Below are positions 17,147 through 24,750 of a DNA stretch of 32,000 bases, piece after piece. Both the position numbers and the translations under genes were made by a program. Below the pieces are notes generated by a model, which was given only the letters and a program-made list of their open reading frames with translations, ran no database searches and was not told the DNA's origin. Where the stretch lies: assembly GCA_035387745.1 (NCBI GenBank), contig DAOOON010000002.1:17401-49400 (forward strand). Reading direction: 5' to 3'. The stretch's first letter is position 1; each line of letters opens with the position of its first letter. The stretch is from an archaeon (lineage in GTDB: Archaea > Iainarchaeota > Iainarchaeia > Iainarchaeales > CSSED10-239).

Positions 17147-18055
17147 ATGATAGATAAAGACATTTTAAGAATTGGTAAAGACATTAAAGAAATAAAAATA
17201 CAAGGCGCAAGTAAGATTGAGCTTGCTGCAGTTAATGGTATTAAAGAACTTATTAATAAAAGCAAATTTGAAGGAAACGACTTTTTAGGAGTCGTTGTAG
17301 AAAATATTAATCATTTGATTTCTCAAAGACCAAATGAACCAAAACTTAGAAACTCTCTTTCTTATATCTGGCAGATGTCAAACAAATATTTCAGTATAAA
17401 AGACAGAAATTTACTTGTTGATTTGATTGAAAATTATGAGAGAAATATTACGCAAAATAATGAACTGATTTCAGAATATGCTTCTCAGTTGATTGTTAAT
17501 GGCTCAACAATTCTTACACATTGCCATTCTAACTTAGTAGAAAACGCATTTAAGAAGGCCTATGATAGAGGCACAGACTTTGAAGTAATCTGTACTGAGA
17601 CTAGACCTAGGTTTCAGGGACGAATTACTGCTAAAGCCCTAAGCGAATATGGAATCAAGACTACGCAGATTGTGGATTCTGCAGTATCAGGGTATCTTAA
17701 AAAGATTGATTTTTTTATGACTGGTGCTGATGTTATTTTTCAAGACGGTTCTATTATGAACAAAGTTGGAACGCACACAATTAGTATTGTTGCTAAGAAT
17801 TTTAAGACTCCGCACATTGTTCTAACTTCCACTCATTGTGTGGAGACAGATGTTTTTGTTTCTTTAAATGAATCTATAGAAGAAAGAGATATTGATGAGA
17901 TTTGGAAAGTTGAAGACGGAAGGCCAAAAGATTTAAAGTTAAGAAATCTTTCTTTTGATATTGTTCCAAACGAATTGATTGATAAATTCATAACAGAAGA
18001 AGGTGTTTTTTCTCCAGAAACTCTTGCACTCTGGGTTAGGAAGAATTTGAAATAA
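17147..18055 (+). CDS. eIF-2B alpha/beta/delta family protein, likely ribose-1,5-bisphosphate isomerase
   Basis: 302 aa. Family motifs TILTHCHSN, CTETRPRFQGR and TGADVIFQDGSIMNKVGT. The archaeal single-domain members of this size are usually R15P isomerases. That functional assignment is inferred. Confidence 0.75.
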   Translation: MIDKDILRIGKDIKEIKIQGASKIELAAVNGIKELINKSKFEGNDFLGVVVENINHLISQRPNEPKLRNSLSYIWQMSNKYFSIKDRNLLVDLIENYERNITQNNELISEYASQLIVNGSTILTHCHSNLVENAFKKAYDRGTDFEVICTETRPRFQGRITAKALSEYGIKTTQIVDSAVSGYLKKIDFFMTGADVIFQDGSIMNKVGTHTISIVAKNFKTPHIVLTSTHCVETDVFVSLNESIEERDIDEIWKVEDGRPKDLKLRNLSFDIVPNELIDKFITEEGVFSPETLALWVRKNLK

Positions 18056-18073
18056 AAACCCAAATTATTTAAA

Positions 18074-18904
18074 TTAAACGGAAATTTGATTCTCTATAAT
18101 TAAATTATTGTTTATGCAAGAATAGTCATTTACCTTTATATCTAATGCCTTAACTCGTTTTATAGTTAAATCTAAATATTTCTTATCTAAATCAATACCA
18201 ATATATCTGCGATTATACAATTTAGATACAATGCCTGTTGTCCCAGAACCATTAAATGGGTCTAATACTAGATCTCCTTTGTCAGTTGTGGATAAAACAA
18301 TTCTTTTCAATAATTCTAATGGTTTTTGGGTGGGGTGTTTACCCGATCTTTTTTCCAGTTGAGGTGTTAGAGGTATCCACCAAACACTTCTCATTTGTTT
18401 TCCTGATTCACTAATCTTATCTTCCCATTTTTTCATAAGTTCATAATTAAATTTGTGTTTAGATCCTTTTTCTTTTCTTGCCCAAATCAAAGTTTCGTGG
18501 CTATGAGCAAAATATCTACAACTTAAATTTGGCGGGGCATTAGGTTTAAACCAAGAAATTTCATTAAGTATTTGATAATCTAATATTTGTAATGCATAAC
18601 CAACTTGATAAATGTTGTGCATTGTTCCGGATATCCAAATACTTCCTGTATCTTTTAAAACTCTTCTACACTCAGATAACCAGTCAAATGTAAATTCAAA
18701 ATCTTTAACAACCCCGTTTGATTTATCCCAATCTGCTTTATTTACTGAAACCATTTTACCGGCTTTACAAGAAACGCCGCCATTTGATAAAAAGTACGGG
18801 GGGTCTGCAAAAATAAGATCTACTGAATTGTCTGGCATTTCTTTTAATATTTTAATACAATCTCCTTGATGAAGATTAAAATCAAGAGAATTATAATAGT
18901 TCAT
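18074..18904 (-). CDS. Beta-class DNA methyltransferase (N6-adenine/N4-cytosine; DpnA / M.MboIC-like), M2 of R-M cassette
   Basis: 276 aa. Motif IV IFADPPYFLSNGG lies near the N-terminus and motif I LDPFNGSGTTG near the C-terminus, which is the beta-class circular permutation. HPTQKP is present. Confidence 0.85.
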   Translation of the reverse strand: MNYYNSLDFNLHQGDCIKILKEMPDNSVDLIFADPPYFLSNGGVSCKAGKMVSVNKADWDKSNGVVKDFEFTFDWLSECRRVLKDTGSIWISGTMHNIYQVGYALQILDYQILNEISWFKPNAPPNLSCRYFAHSHETLIWARKEKGSKHKFNYELMKKWEDKISESGKQMRSVWWIPLTPQLEKRSGKHPTQKPLELLKRIVLSTTDKGDLVLDPFNGSGTTGIVSKLYNRRYIGIDLDKKYLDLTIKRVKALDIKVNDYSCINNNLIIENQISV

Positions 18905-18938
18905 AAAGATATATACAATTAGTTATTTATATATCTTT
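18905..18938 (-). promoter_or_regulatory. Palindromic TATA-containing element abutting the start codon of the M2 methyltransferase (probable leaderless promoter or operator)
   Basis: Perfect 11-bp inverted repeat AAAGATATATA (18905-18915) / TATATATCTTT (18928-18938) with a 12-nt spacer. On the coding strand it reads AAAGATATATAAATAACTAATTGTATATATCTTT-ATG. The ATATATAAAT box is centred ~26 nt upstream of the ATG, and no SD lies in between. Confidence 0.45.
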
Positions 18939-18960
18939 TGGGGGTAGTTGTCCAGTGGCA

Positions 18961-19482
18961 TTATGGTTTAGGCAAACCTAAAAATTCCAAGGGTATTTCA
19001 TTAAAGAAATAATAACAATTTACTGATTTTATATAATCTAAAACATCTTTGTATTCTAGTTTTTTGAACCAATCATTTAACAGATAAGTGTATTTAACTT
19101 TGATATTTAATGGTTTAAATAATTTGTTATATTGTTTATTCTTAAAATCGCAAGTCTGTAATTTTTCATCTACAGAACCAGCCACTTCTTGAAATTTAAT
19201 TTCTATAATAAATAGTGTGCGTTCTTTCAATACAAATATAGCATCATCAGGCAATAACTTTTTAGAAATATAATTCAAATAATTTATGCCACTTGGTTCT
19301 AAAAAATTTTTATAAATTTTGTGTTTTTGATAAAAGGTAGCAATCTTTTTACCATTAAAGAAAATATCGTCGTTCTTTATGTCATATCCTTTAATTTGAG
19401 TAAATAATTGCTTTAACGAAATTCTTTCTTCAAATCTAAGTCCAGTAATGGTTTTCCCTCCACCGACGCCACTTTTTATCAT
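18961..19482 (-). CDS. Putative type II restriction endonuclease, PD-(D/E)xK fold
   Basis: 173 aa, sandwiched between two methyltransferase genes. Candidate catalytic motif LLPDD(79-80)...LFIIE(94)IK(96)FQ. GGTGAT SD upstream. The function is inferred from context and motif only. Confidence 0.5.
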   Translation of the reverse strand: MIKSGVGGGKTITGLRFEERISLKQLFTQIKGYDIKNDDIFFNGKKIATFYQKHKIYKNFLEPSGINYLNYISKKLLPDDAIFVLKERTLFIIEIKFQEVAGSVDEKLQTCDFKNKQYNKLFKPLNIKVKYTYLLNDWFKKLEYKDVLDYIKSVNCYYFFNEIPLEFLGLPKP

Positions 19483-19493
19483 ATTATCACCAA

Positions 19494-20351
19494 TTAATAA
19501 TTTTTTATTAGTACTTCCTTAATTTCATTTCTTTTTGTGCCATCACAATTTATCATTCTTTTTGCTAAAACTTCTTTGATTTTATATTTTTTATATTGTT
19601 CTTTAATAAATGGGGTTGGACTATTGCTTTCTAAAACAAAACACCCTTTTTTATCCAATTTATCAAATATATTTTTTAATCTCAATTGATCGGATCTAAC
19701 AAAGTCATTACTTGTATAACTTGTAAAACTATTCCCGTTTATTTGATCATATGGCGGATCAAAATATATAAATTCTTTCGCCTTTGCAAAATCTATAACG
19801 TCTTCAAAAGGCATTACCTTCATTTGTACATTTTGTAATAATCTTGATGCCTCTAATATATTTTTTTTACTAAATATTTCTGGATTCTTGTATTTGCCCA
19901 TAGGCACATTAAATTGATTGTCTTTGTTTACTCTATATAATCCATTAAAACAAGTTTTATTTAGATAAATAAATCTTGCAGCTCTTTCAATATTATCTAA
20001 TTTATTGTATTTTGGGTCACTAAGAACAATTCCTAATCTTTTTGTTGTTGGAGTTTCAAGTCCTCTAATGGTATAATAAAATTCTTCTGAATGCTTAGAC
20101 TTATATTTCTCTAACATTTTAATTAATTCGTCTGGCTCTGTTTTAATTATTAAAAACGAATTTATTAACTCTTCATTAATATCAGAAATTAAAACTCTTT
20201 TTGGGGGAAAGTTTTCTAAAATATAGAATAATAGTGCGCCGCCACCAATAAAGGGTTCATAATAGCCTTTTATTTCTTTTGGCATAGTAGAAATAATCTC
20301 TTTTAATAGCTGGTTCTTTCCTCCAGCCCATTTAACAAAAGGTTTTGCCAT
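19494..20351 (-). CDS. Dam-family (alpha-class) N6-adenine DNA methyltransferase, M1 of R-M cassette
   Basis: The ORF track extends to a GTG at 20441. The conserved N-terminus MAKPFVKWAGGKNQLL begins at the ATG at 20351. Motif I is EPFIGGGALLF, followed by RFIYLNKTCFNGLYRVN...FNVPMG, and motif IV is YFDPPY. Confidence 0.85.
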   Translation of the reverse strand: MAKPFVKWAGGKNQLLKEIISTMPKEIKGYYEPFIGGGALLFYILENFPPKRVLISDINEELINSFLIIKTEPDELIKMLEKYKSKHSEEFYYTIRGLETPTTKRLGIVLSDPKYNKLDNIERAARFIYLNKTCFNGLYRVNKDNQFNVPMGKYKNPEIFSKKNILEASRLLQNVQMKVMPFEDVIDFAKAKEFIYFDPPYDQINGNSFTSYTSNDFVRSDQLRLKNIFDKLDKKGCFVLESNSPTPFIKEQYKKYKIKEVLAKRMINCDGTKRNEIKEVLIKNY

Positions 20352-20521
20352 ATGTTGTCTATTTTTATTATATAACTTATAATTGAATATATTTATAAAA
20401 TCTAACGTGTTATTCTTTTGTGAAAATGAGATAATGCCCACAAATTTAGGAATTATATAAAACTCTAATCTGTTAATTTAAAATTGGTTATTGTAATCGG
20501 TTATAACTACGGAGGATAATT

Positions 20522-20528
20522 AAAAAAA
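20522..20528 (-). terminator. Oligo-T (T7) tract ending the polB / small-ORF transcription unit
   Basis: The reverse strand reads TAA-TTTTTTT immediately after the 43-codon ORF stop. It lies upstream of the separate R-M cassette. Confidence 0.4.
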
Positions 20529-20660
20529 TTAAATAAGGTGCTTATATTTCTTCATAGCCTCTTTTTCAGAAAGATATTTCAGGTTTTTCTTTTTCATTTC
20601 TAATTGTTCCTTTTTTAGTTTCTTTGCAACAAGCAATAATTCTTTATCTTTGCTTACCAT
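20529..20660 (-). CDS. Small Lys-rich ORF (43 aa) co-transcribed behind polB
   Basis: MVSKDKELLLVAKKLKKEQLEMKKKNLKYLSEKEAMKKYKHLI. The ATG lies 20 nt after the polB stop with an AGGGGAT SD 6 nt upstream. A T7 run follows its stop directly. Below the ORF-track cut-off. No family recognised. Confidence 0.35.
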   Translation of the reverse strand: MVSKDKELLLVAKKLKKEQLEMKKKNLKYLSEKEAMKKYKHLI

Positions 20661-20680
20661 TATTATCCCCTTTTATCTTT

Positions 20681-23140
20681 TTAGAAAAATTCTCCAAGAC
20701 CTTTTTGCTTGGTGTTTGTGACTAGCTCGTCTTTTGAGATTCCAAGCTCTTCAAGGATCGGAAGTATTGCTGGAACTAACTGATTGTTAATATAATAATC
20801 TACATCATAGTCTTTGTCTTTAACAAACTCTGCAATCTGTGACTTGTCTGAAATGCTTTTGCCTTTCTCGGTGATTATAAATTCAACAAGATCTCCAACC
20901 TTAAATTTCTTTCCTGCTTTTTTTGCGTTCTTGACTGCTGACATTGCAGGGTTTAAGGTCTTATAGCTTTCAAGAGATTTATGCACAAAGGTTTGAATGA
21001 TTAGCTTGTTATTTGGAATTTCTTTATTTTTTAAATCCTCAATTATAAACTGAAGATATTTTAAAGCCTTAACGTTATCTTGCTCTTTTAGTACAATCTT
21101 TAAAATTTCTTTTTGTGTTTCTTTAACAAGAGGACACCAATCATGCCTTACATATTCAAAGCCCTTAATCTTAAGGTTTCCATTGTAATCAAGAAGAGCA
21201 TACTTCTTCTTTGCTGCTCTTTCTTTGTCTCTTGCGTGCACAAAAAGACCAGACATATAAATGTTTTCTAGTTCTAAATTCATTGCTTTTGGAAGATTGT
21301 TATTTATTTCTCTAAGATCTTCTTTTAGTTTATCAATACTTCTAAACTCAATAAAACAAGAATCTGTGTCGCCATAGATTACTAGATAGCCTTTGCTTTC
21401 AAGAAGCCGTATCATGTCTTGTATCTTTGATCTTACAAGATAATACATTATCTCTAGACTAGACCTAGAATACCAGCGAGCACCAGAAAAGCCCATATAA
21501 CCATAGGTTGAAGCCAAGAATATCTTTAAAGCATACTGCTTAGCAAACATGTTTCTGTATTCTTGTGTGTCTTTTTCTAAAAGCTTTGCGCTTTCTTTAT
21601 AGCCTGCTCTTAATGTCAATAATTCTTCAAGGACTTCTGGAACAAATCCTTTCTTGTTTTTACAAATATAGTGACCTGTAATATTTTCTAAACTGGATTT
21701 GTCACAACATGAGCAATCAACAGTCTCTGGAGAAATATTATAAGATATCATAATAGAGATATGATAGCTTCTAAAATCCAGAACTGCGATATTCTTGTGT
21801 AACCCAGGAATTGGAGACTTAACAAATGCTCCACTAAAGGTGTATTTCTGCCTTTCAGAAATCTCTTCTGCTCTTGGCTTGTTTGGAATAATCTTGTTTT
21901 TCTTAAAATAATATTTAAAGAACAATCTTTCAACCATTGCTCCTGCTGAAGAAAAAACAATATCATTAACTGGAAAGTTAATAAAATCAGAAATCTCAAA
22001 AGCTATTGGCATATAGTTGTTTGCTAGTTCTATTGTTGCAATGGTGTCGTCTAGATTATAATCAATAATCTTATAATAATCCTTTGAAAGATAAAGCTCT
22101 CTCATCTCTTTTGGTGGGAGAGTAAGCTTTGGGTTTCCTGTTAGTTTTGAATATAGAGAATTTAAATCTAGCTTTGGATAATTAAATACCTGTAGATATC
22201 TTAGTAATCTCATTAAGGCATAGACATCAATATGAATTGTTCCTTGAAGATTGACTTTTCGAGTTTGTGATTTAGAAAAGATTAAGCGGCTGTTTGAAAA
22301 GCTTAAAGACTTGCCAGTTTTTGCCTTATAGGTTTTTTCAAGATATTCAAAATCAAAGATTCCGTTGTATGTGTAAACTATATCTATATTTTTAGAAGCA
22401 ATAAAGTTTGTAAACTCCTCAATCATCTTTATTTCATCTGTAAAAAGATGAAGGTCTAGAAACTGATAGTGCTTTTGTAGTTCTTCTTTTGTTTTTTCTA
22501 AATTGTCTGTTTTATCTATTAGAAAAAATATGGCTTTTTGTTTGTTATTGTCTGTGTAAGCAATTGAAATTATTTTATCATTTCCGGGTTTTGGAAAAGA
22601 CAAGCTTTCTGGAACTAACACTTCTATATCAAAAGAACAAATATTAAGTTTAGAAAGATCTGTATTTTCTTTTGGTATTATTTCTGTTATTTTATTTTCT
22701 GTGTTAAGAGTGTATTCTACTTCTTTAAGATAACTTAAATTCTTATCTAATAGAAATCTATAAACAAAAGGAATATCGTACTCGTAAAGCTTGTATTTCT
22801 TGTTTGGGAAAAAATCTGTTTCAAAAAAAGCAGTTCTTGCTTTTACTAAGTCTTCTATATTTTCAAAAATCAGTTTATAGACGTTTTCTTCTTTTAGAAT
22901 GATTCCTAAAACGTTTTCTTTAGATTTTAGATTTTCGATTTCTTCTGAATTAAGTTTTTGGTTTAAAGAAAGATAAAAGTACGGCTGATAGTCAACTGGA
23001 TAAGTCTGTTTTATCTGGTCTTTTTTAATAGTAACAAAAAGTTGGCTTTCTTTATAGTAAGCATCAATAAAAATTCCAGTGTTTTCTTTTAAATTTTGAT
23101 TATTATCTTGCTTTGGCGCTTTTTTAAATATATTAAACAT
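20681..23140 (-). CDS. polB: Family-B DNA polymerase (replicative PolB) with C-terminal PIP box
   Basis: 819 aa. Exo I CSFDIEV, Exo II YNGIFDFEYL, Exo III YNLDD. Motif A is LDFRSYHISIM (divergent), motif B is KIFLASTYGY (divergent), motif C is YGDTDS. The C-terminus QKGLGEFF fits Q-x-x-L-x-x-F-F. Confidence 0.95.
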   Translation of the reverse strand: MFNIFKKAPKQDNNQNLKENTGIFIDAYYKESQLFVTIKKDQIKQTYPVDYQPYFYLSLNQKLNSEEIENLKSKENVLGIILKEENVYKLIFENIEDLVKARTAFFETDFFPNKKYKLYEYDIPFVYRFLLDKNLSYLKEVEYTLNTENKITEIIPKENTDLSKLNICSFDIEVLVPESLSFPKPGNDKIISIAYTDNNKQKAIFFLIDKTDNLEKTKEELQKHYQFLDLHLFTDEIKMIEEFTNFIASKNIDIVYTYNGIFDFEYLEKTYKAKTGKSLSFSNSRLIFSKSQTRKVNLQGTIHIDVYALMRLLRYLQVFNYPKLDLNSLYSKLTGNPKLTLPPKEMRELYLSKDYYKIIDYNLDDTIATIELANNYMPIAFEISDFINFPVNDIVFSSAGAMVERLFFKYYFKKNKIIPNKPRAEEISERQKYTFSGAFVKSPIPGLHKNIAVLDFRSYHISIMISYNISPETVDCSCCDKSSLENITGHYICKNKKGFVPEVLEELLTLRAGYKESAKLLEKDTQEYRNMFAKQYALKIFLASTYGYMGFSGARWYSRSSLEIMYYLVRSKIQDMIRLLESKGYLVIYGDTDSCFIEFRSIDKLKEDLREINNNLPKAMNLELENIYMSGLFVHARDKERAAKKKYALLDYNGNLKIKGFEYVRHDWCPLVKETQKEILKIVLKEQDNVKALKYLQFIIEDLKNKEIPNNKLIIQTFVHKSLESYKTLNPAMSAVKNAKKAGKKFKVGDLVEFIITEKGKSISDKSQIAEFVKDKDYDVDYYINNQLVPAILPILEELGISKDELVTNTKQKGLGEFF

Positions 23141-23174
23141 AATTAAAAACTATTTATATAAAAATAAGAAAAAA

Positions 23175-23822
23175 TTATATAAGGCTTATTAAGAAAATTA
23201 AAGCCATTAATACTAAAGTTAATGCTATCTTGTAGACTGGTTTTTTAACTTCAAATCCTATTTCTGTAAACTCGTAAAGCATTATCAACCAGTAAACAAT
23301 CATAAATATTGTTAATAGAAATACTAAAATTGCACCAATCATGTTTGCAAGAGTTAATTCTGGAAATAGCGTTGCACTATTTATTAAACTTGGATTAACT
23401 GCAAGCATTTGAAGAGAAGAAATGATTGAAGGGAATAATGTAAAAACAAGTAATGCACAAAGTATAGTATAGATTATTGAGGTTGCTCTAAATGCTGCGA
23501 TTGCAGAAAGCACTTTTTCATATGGTTTTTTTGGAAGGTTTTTTTGTCCTCTTATAAAATACATTATTAGATAGATTGCAAGACCTAAGACTAGCCATGT
23601 TAGAATAACTCCAGTAAGCAACTGATTAAGTATGTATATTCCTAAATCTTGACCTTTAAATAGCAAATAAATCAAAATATTAATTATTATTGCAAAAAGA
23701 ACAATAAATATGCTTTCTTTTATACCAATCTTAAAAAAGAAATAATCAATTATAGCTTTTGGTCCTCTTTTAGGCTTATAGGCCTCTGGTAAGTTTGTTT
23801 CAGTTTTTCTAGTTGCTGGCAT
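23175..23822 (-). CDS. Polytopic membrane protein (5 TM; possibly Yip1-like)
   Basis: The ORF track starts at a TTG at 23834. The ATG at 23822 is preceded by GGTGA at 6-nt spacing and is preferred. The short basic N-terminus is followed by five hydrophobic helices. The family guess is weak. Confidence 0.55.
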   Translation of the reverse strand: MPATRKTETNLPEAYKPKRGPKAIIDYFFFKIGIKESIFIVLFAIIINILIYLLFKGQDLGIYILNQLLTGVILTWLVLGLAIYLIMYFIRGQKNLPKKPYEKVLSAIAAFRATSIIYTILCALLVFTLFPSIISSLQMLAVNPSLINSATLFPELTLANMIGAILVFLLTIFMIVYWLIMLYEFTEIGFEVKKPVYKIALTLVLMALIFLISLI

Positions 23823-23887
23823 TTTTTTCACCAAATTTAAATAAATAACCTAAATATATTTAGATAAAAGAATATATAAATGTTATG

Positions 23888-23916
23888 AAAAAGAAAAAAG
23901 AGAGATTAACTCTCTT
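23888..23916 (-). terminator. Hairpin plus oligo-T terminator after the pilin-fusion gene
   Basis: The reverse strand reads AAGAGAG-TTAAT-CTCTCTT followed directly by TTTTCTTTTTC. It begins 9 nt after the stop at 23925. Archaeal RNAP terminates at oligo-T tracts. Confidence 0.55.
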
Positions 23917-23924
23917 GTTTGAAA

Positions 23925-24656
23925 TTATCTCTGCATTACAGATATTGTATATTCGCCAGAAAAGATTTCGCTATTTTCACATCCTTCTTTTACTGCCATT
24001 GCTTGTAGAGTCATATCTGCGCCATAGAATTCTATTTCGGATGAATATGGTGTGCTTTCTATTGTTGGTGTTGAACCATCTGTTGTATAATAGATTGTTG
24101 CGCCGTCTGTTGAAGTACTAAGTGAAATCATTTCATAGGAATAAGTTCCTGGAACAGGATCTGCTGTTGGTGTTGCAACTTTTCTTACTGGAACATTTGT
24201 ATTTGGTATGTTTTCTAAAGTTATAAACTGGTTATCAGAAGTTATTAGAATCACTGTTATTGTTGAAGCAGTAATCTCAAGATCTGCAAAACCTTCTAAA
24301 TTTATTACATTTGAACCTTCTTCTAAAGGAACTGGGTCTTCTAAAGTTACTTCTATTGTTTCCATATTGTCTGCTATAACTTTATACCCCACAATCATTA
24401 TTTCTTGATCTTCTATTTCTGCTGGTGGACTATAGTTTAAAGAGACTTCTCCTGCATCTACTGATTCTGGGTAGACATAATTATCTGGATTTGCCTGAGA
24501 ATTTGTAACCGTTTTTGTATTATCTAAACTACTTGAAGACGTTTCTCTACTCCAAGTTAAAAGAATAGTACCTAGAATTACTGCGACAACAACTACCAAA
24601 ATTACTGTTATAATTGGAGCAATCCCTTTTAGTTTGATTTTTAATTTTGATGACAT
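23925..24656 (-). CDS. Archaeal type IV pilin-like protein fused to a chitobiase/beta-hexosaminidase C-terminal-type (CHB_HEX_C-like) domain
   Basis: 243 aa. The N-terminus MSSKLKIKLKG/IAPIITVILVVVVAVILGTILLTW matches the archaeal pilin signal [KR]G-x-x-P-[VI]-I plus a hydrophobic helix. The C-terminal ~75 aa (PVPGTYSYEMISLSTSTDGATIYYTTDGSTPTIESTPYSSEIEF...LQAMAVKEG..SEIFSGEYTI) matches the G-x-Y...IYYTTDGSTP pattern of that domain family. Confidence 0.65.
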   Translation of the reverse strand: MSSKLKIKLKGIAPIITVILVVVVAVILGTILLTWSRETSSSSLDNTKTVTNSQANPDNYVYPESVDAGEVSLNYSPPAEIEDQEIMIVGYKVIADNMETIEVTLEDPVPLEEGSNVINLEGFADLEITASTITVILITSDNQFITLENIPNTNVPVRKVATPTADPVPGTYSYEMISLSTSTDGATIYYTTDGSTPTIESTPYSSEIEFYGADMTLQAMAVKEGCENSEIFSGEYTISVMQR

Positions 24657-24673
24657 ATTATGATGACATATTA
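24648..24673. repeat. Perfect 13-bp tandem duplication spanning the pilin-fusion gene start codon
   Basis: TGATGACATATTA occurs twice back to back (24648-24660 and 24661-24673). On the coding strand this duplicates TAATATGTCATCA, creating an upstream ATG-TCA-TCA-TAA mini-ORF 13 nt before the real ATG. Confidence 0.8.
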
Positions 24674-24750
24674 TTATTATTATATATTAAAAACGTTTCT
24701 TTTTTAGTTTTAAAAGCATTTAAATATTTTTAGAATACTATATTCTATTA

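Noticed and set aside
18939-18960. GGGGGTAGTTGTCCAGTGGCA, superficially like a tRNA acceptor/D-arm 5' half, next to the R-M cassette (possible integration-site remnant)
   Set aside because: The downstream sequence is the 3' end of the nuclease ORF. It cannot be folded into anticodon and T arms, with no GTTC-type T-loop and only a 4-nt loop in the only hairpin. No matching 3' half or direct repeat was found at the other end of the cassette.
20681-23140. PolB next to an R-M cassette as a possible casposon, pipolin or other self-replicating mobile element
   Set aside because: No Cas1, integrase, terminal inverted repeats or flanking direct repeats were seen. The enzyme has the full replicative architecture with a PCNA-binding tail, and the flanks are core genes.
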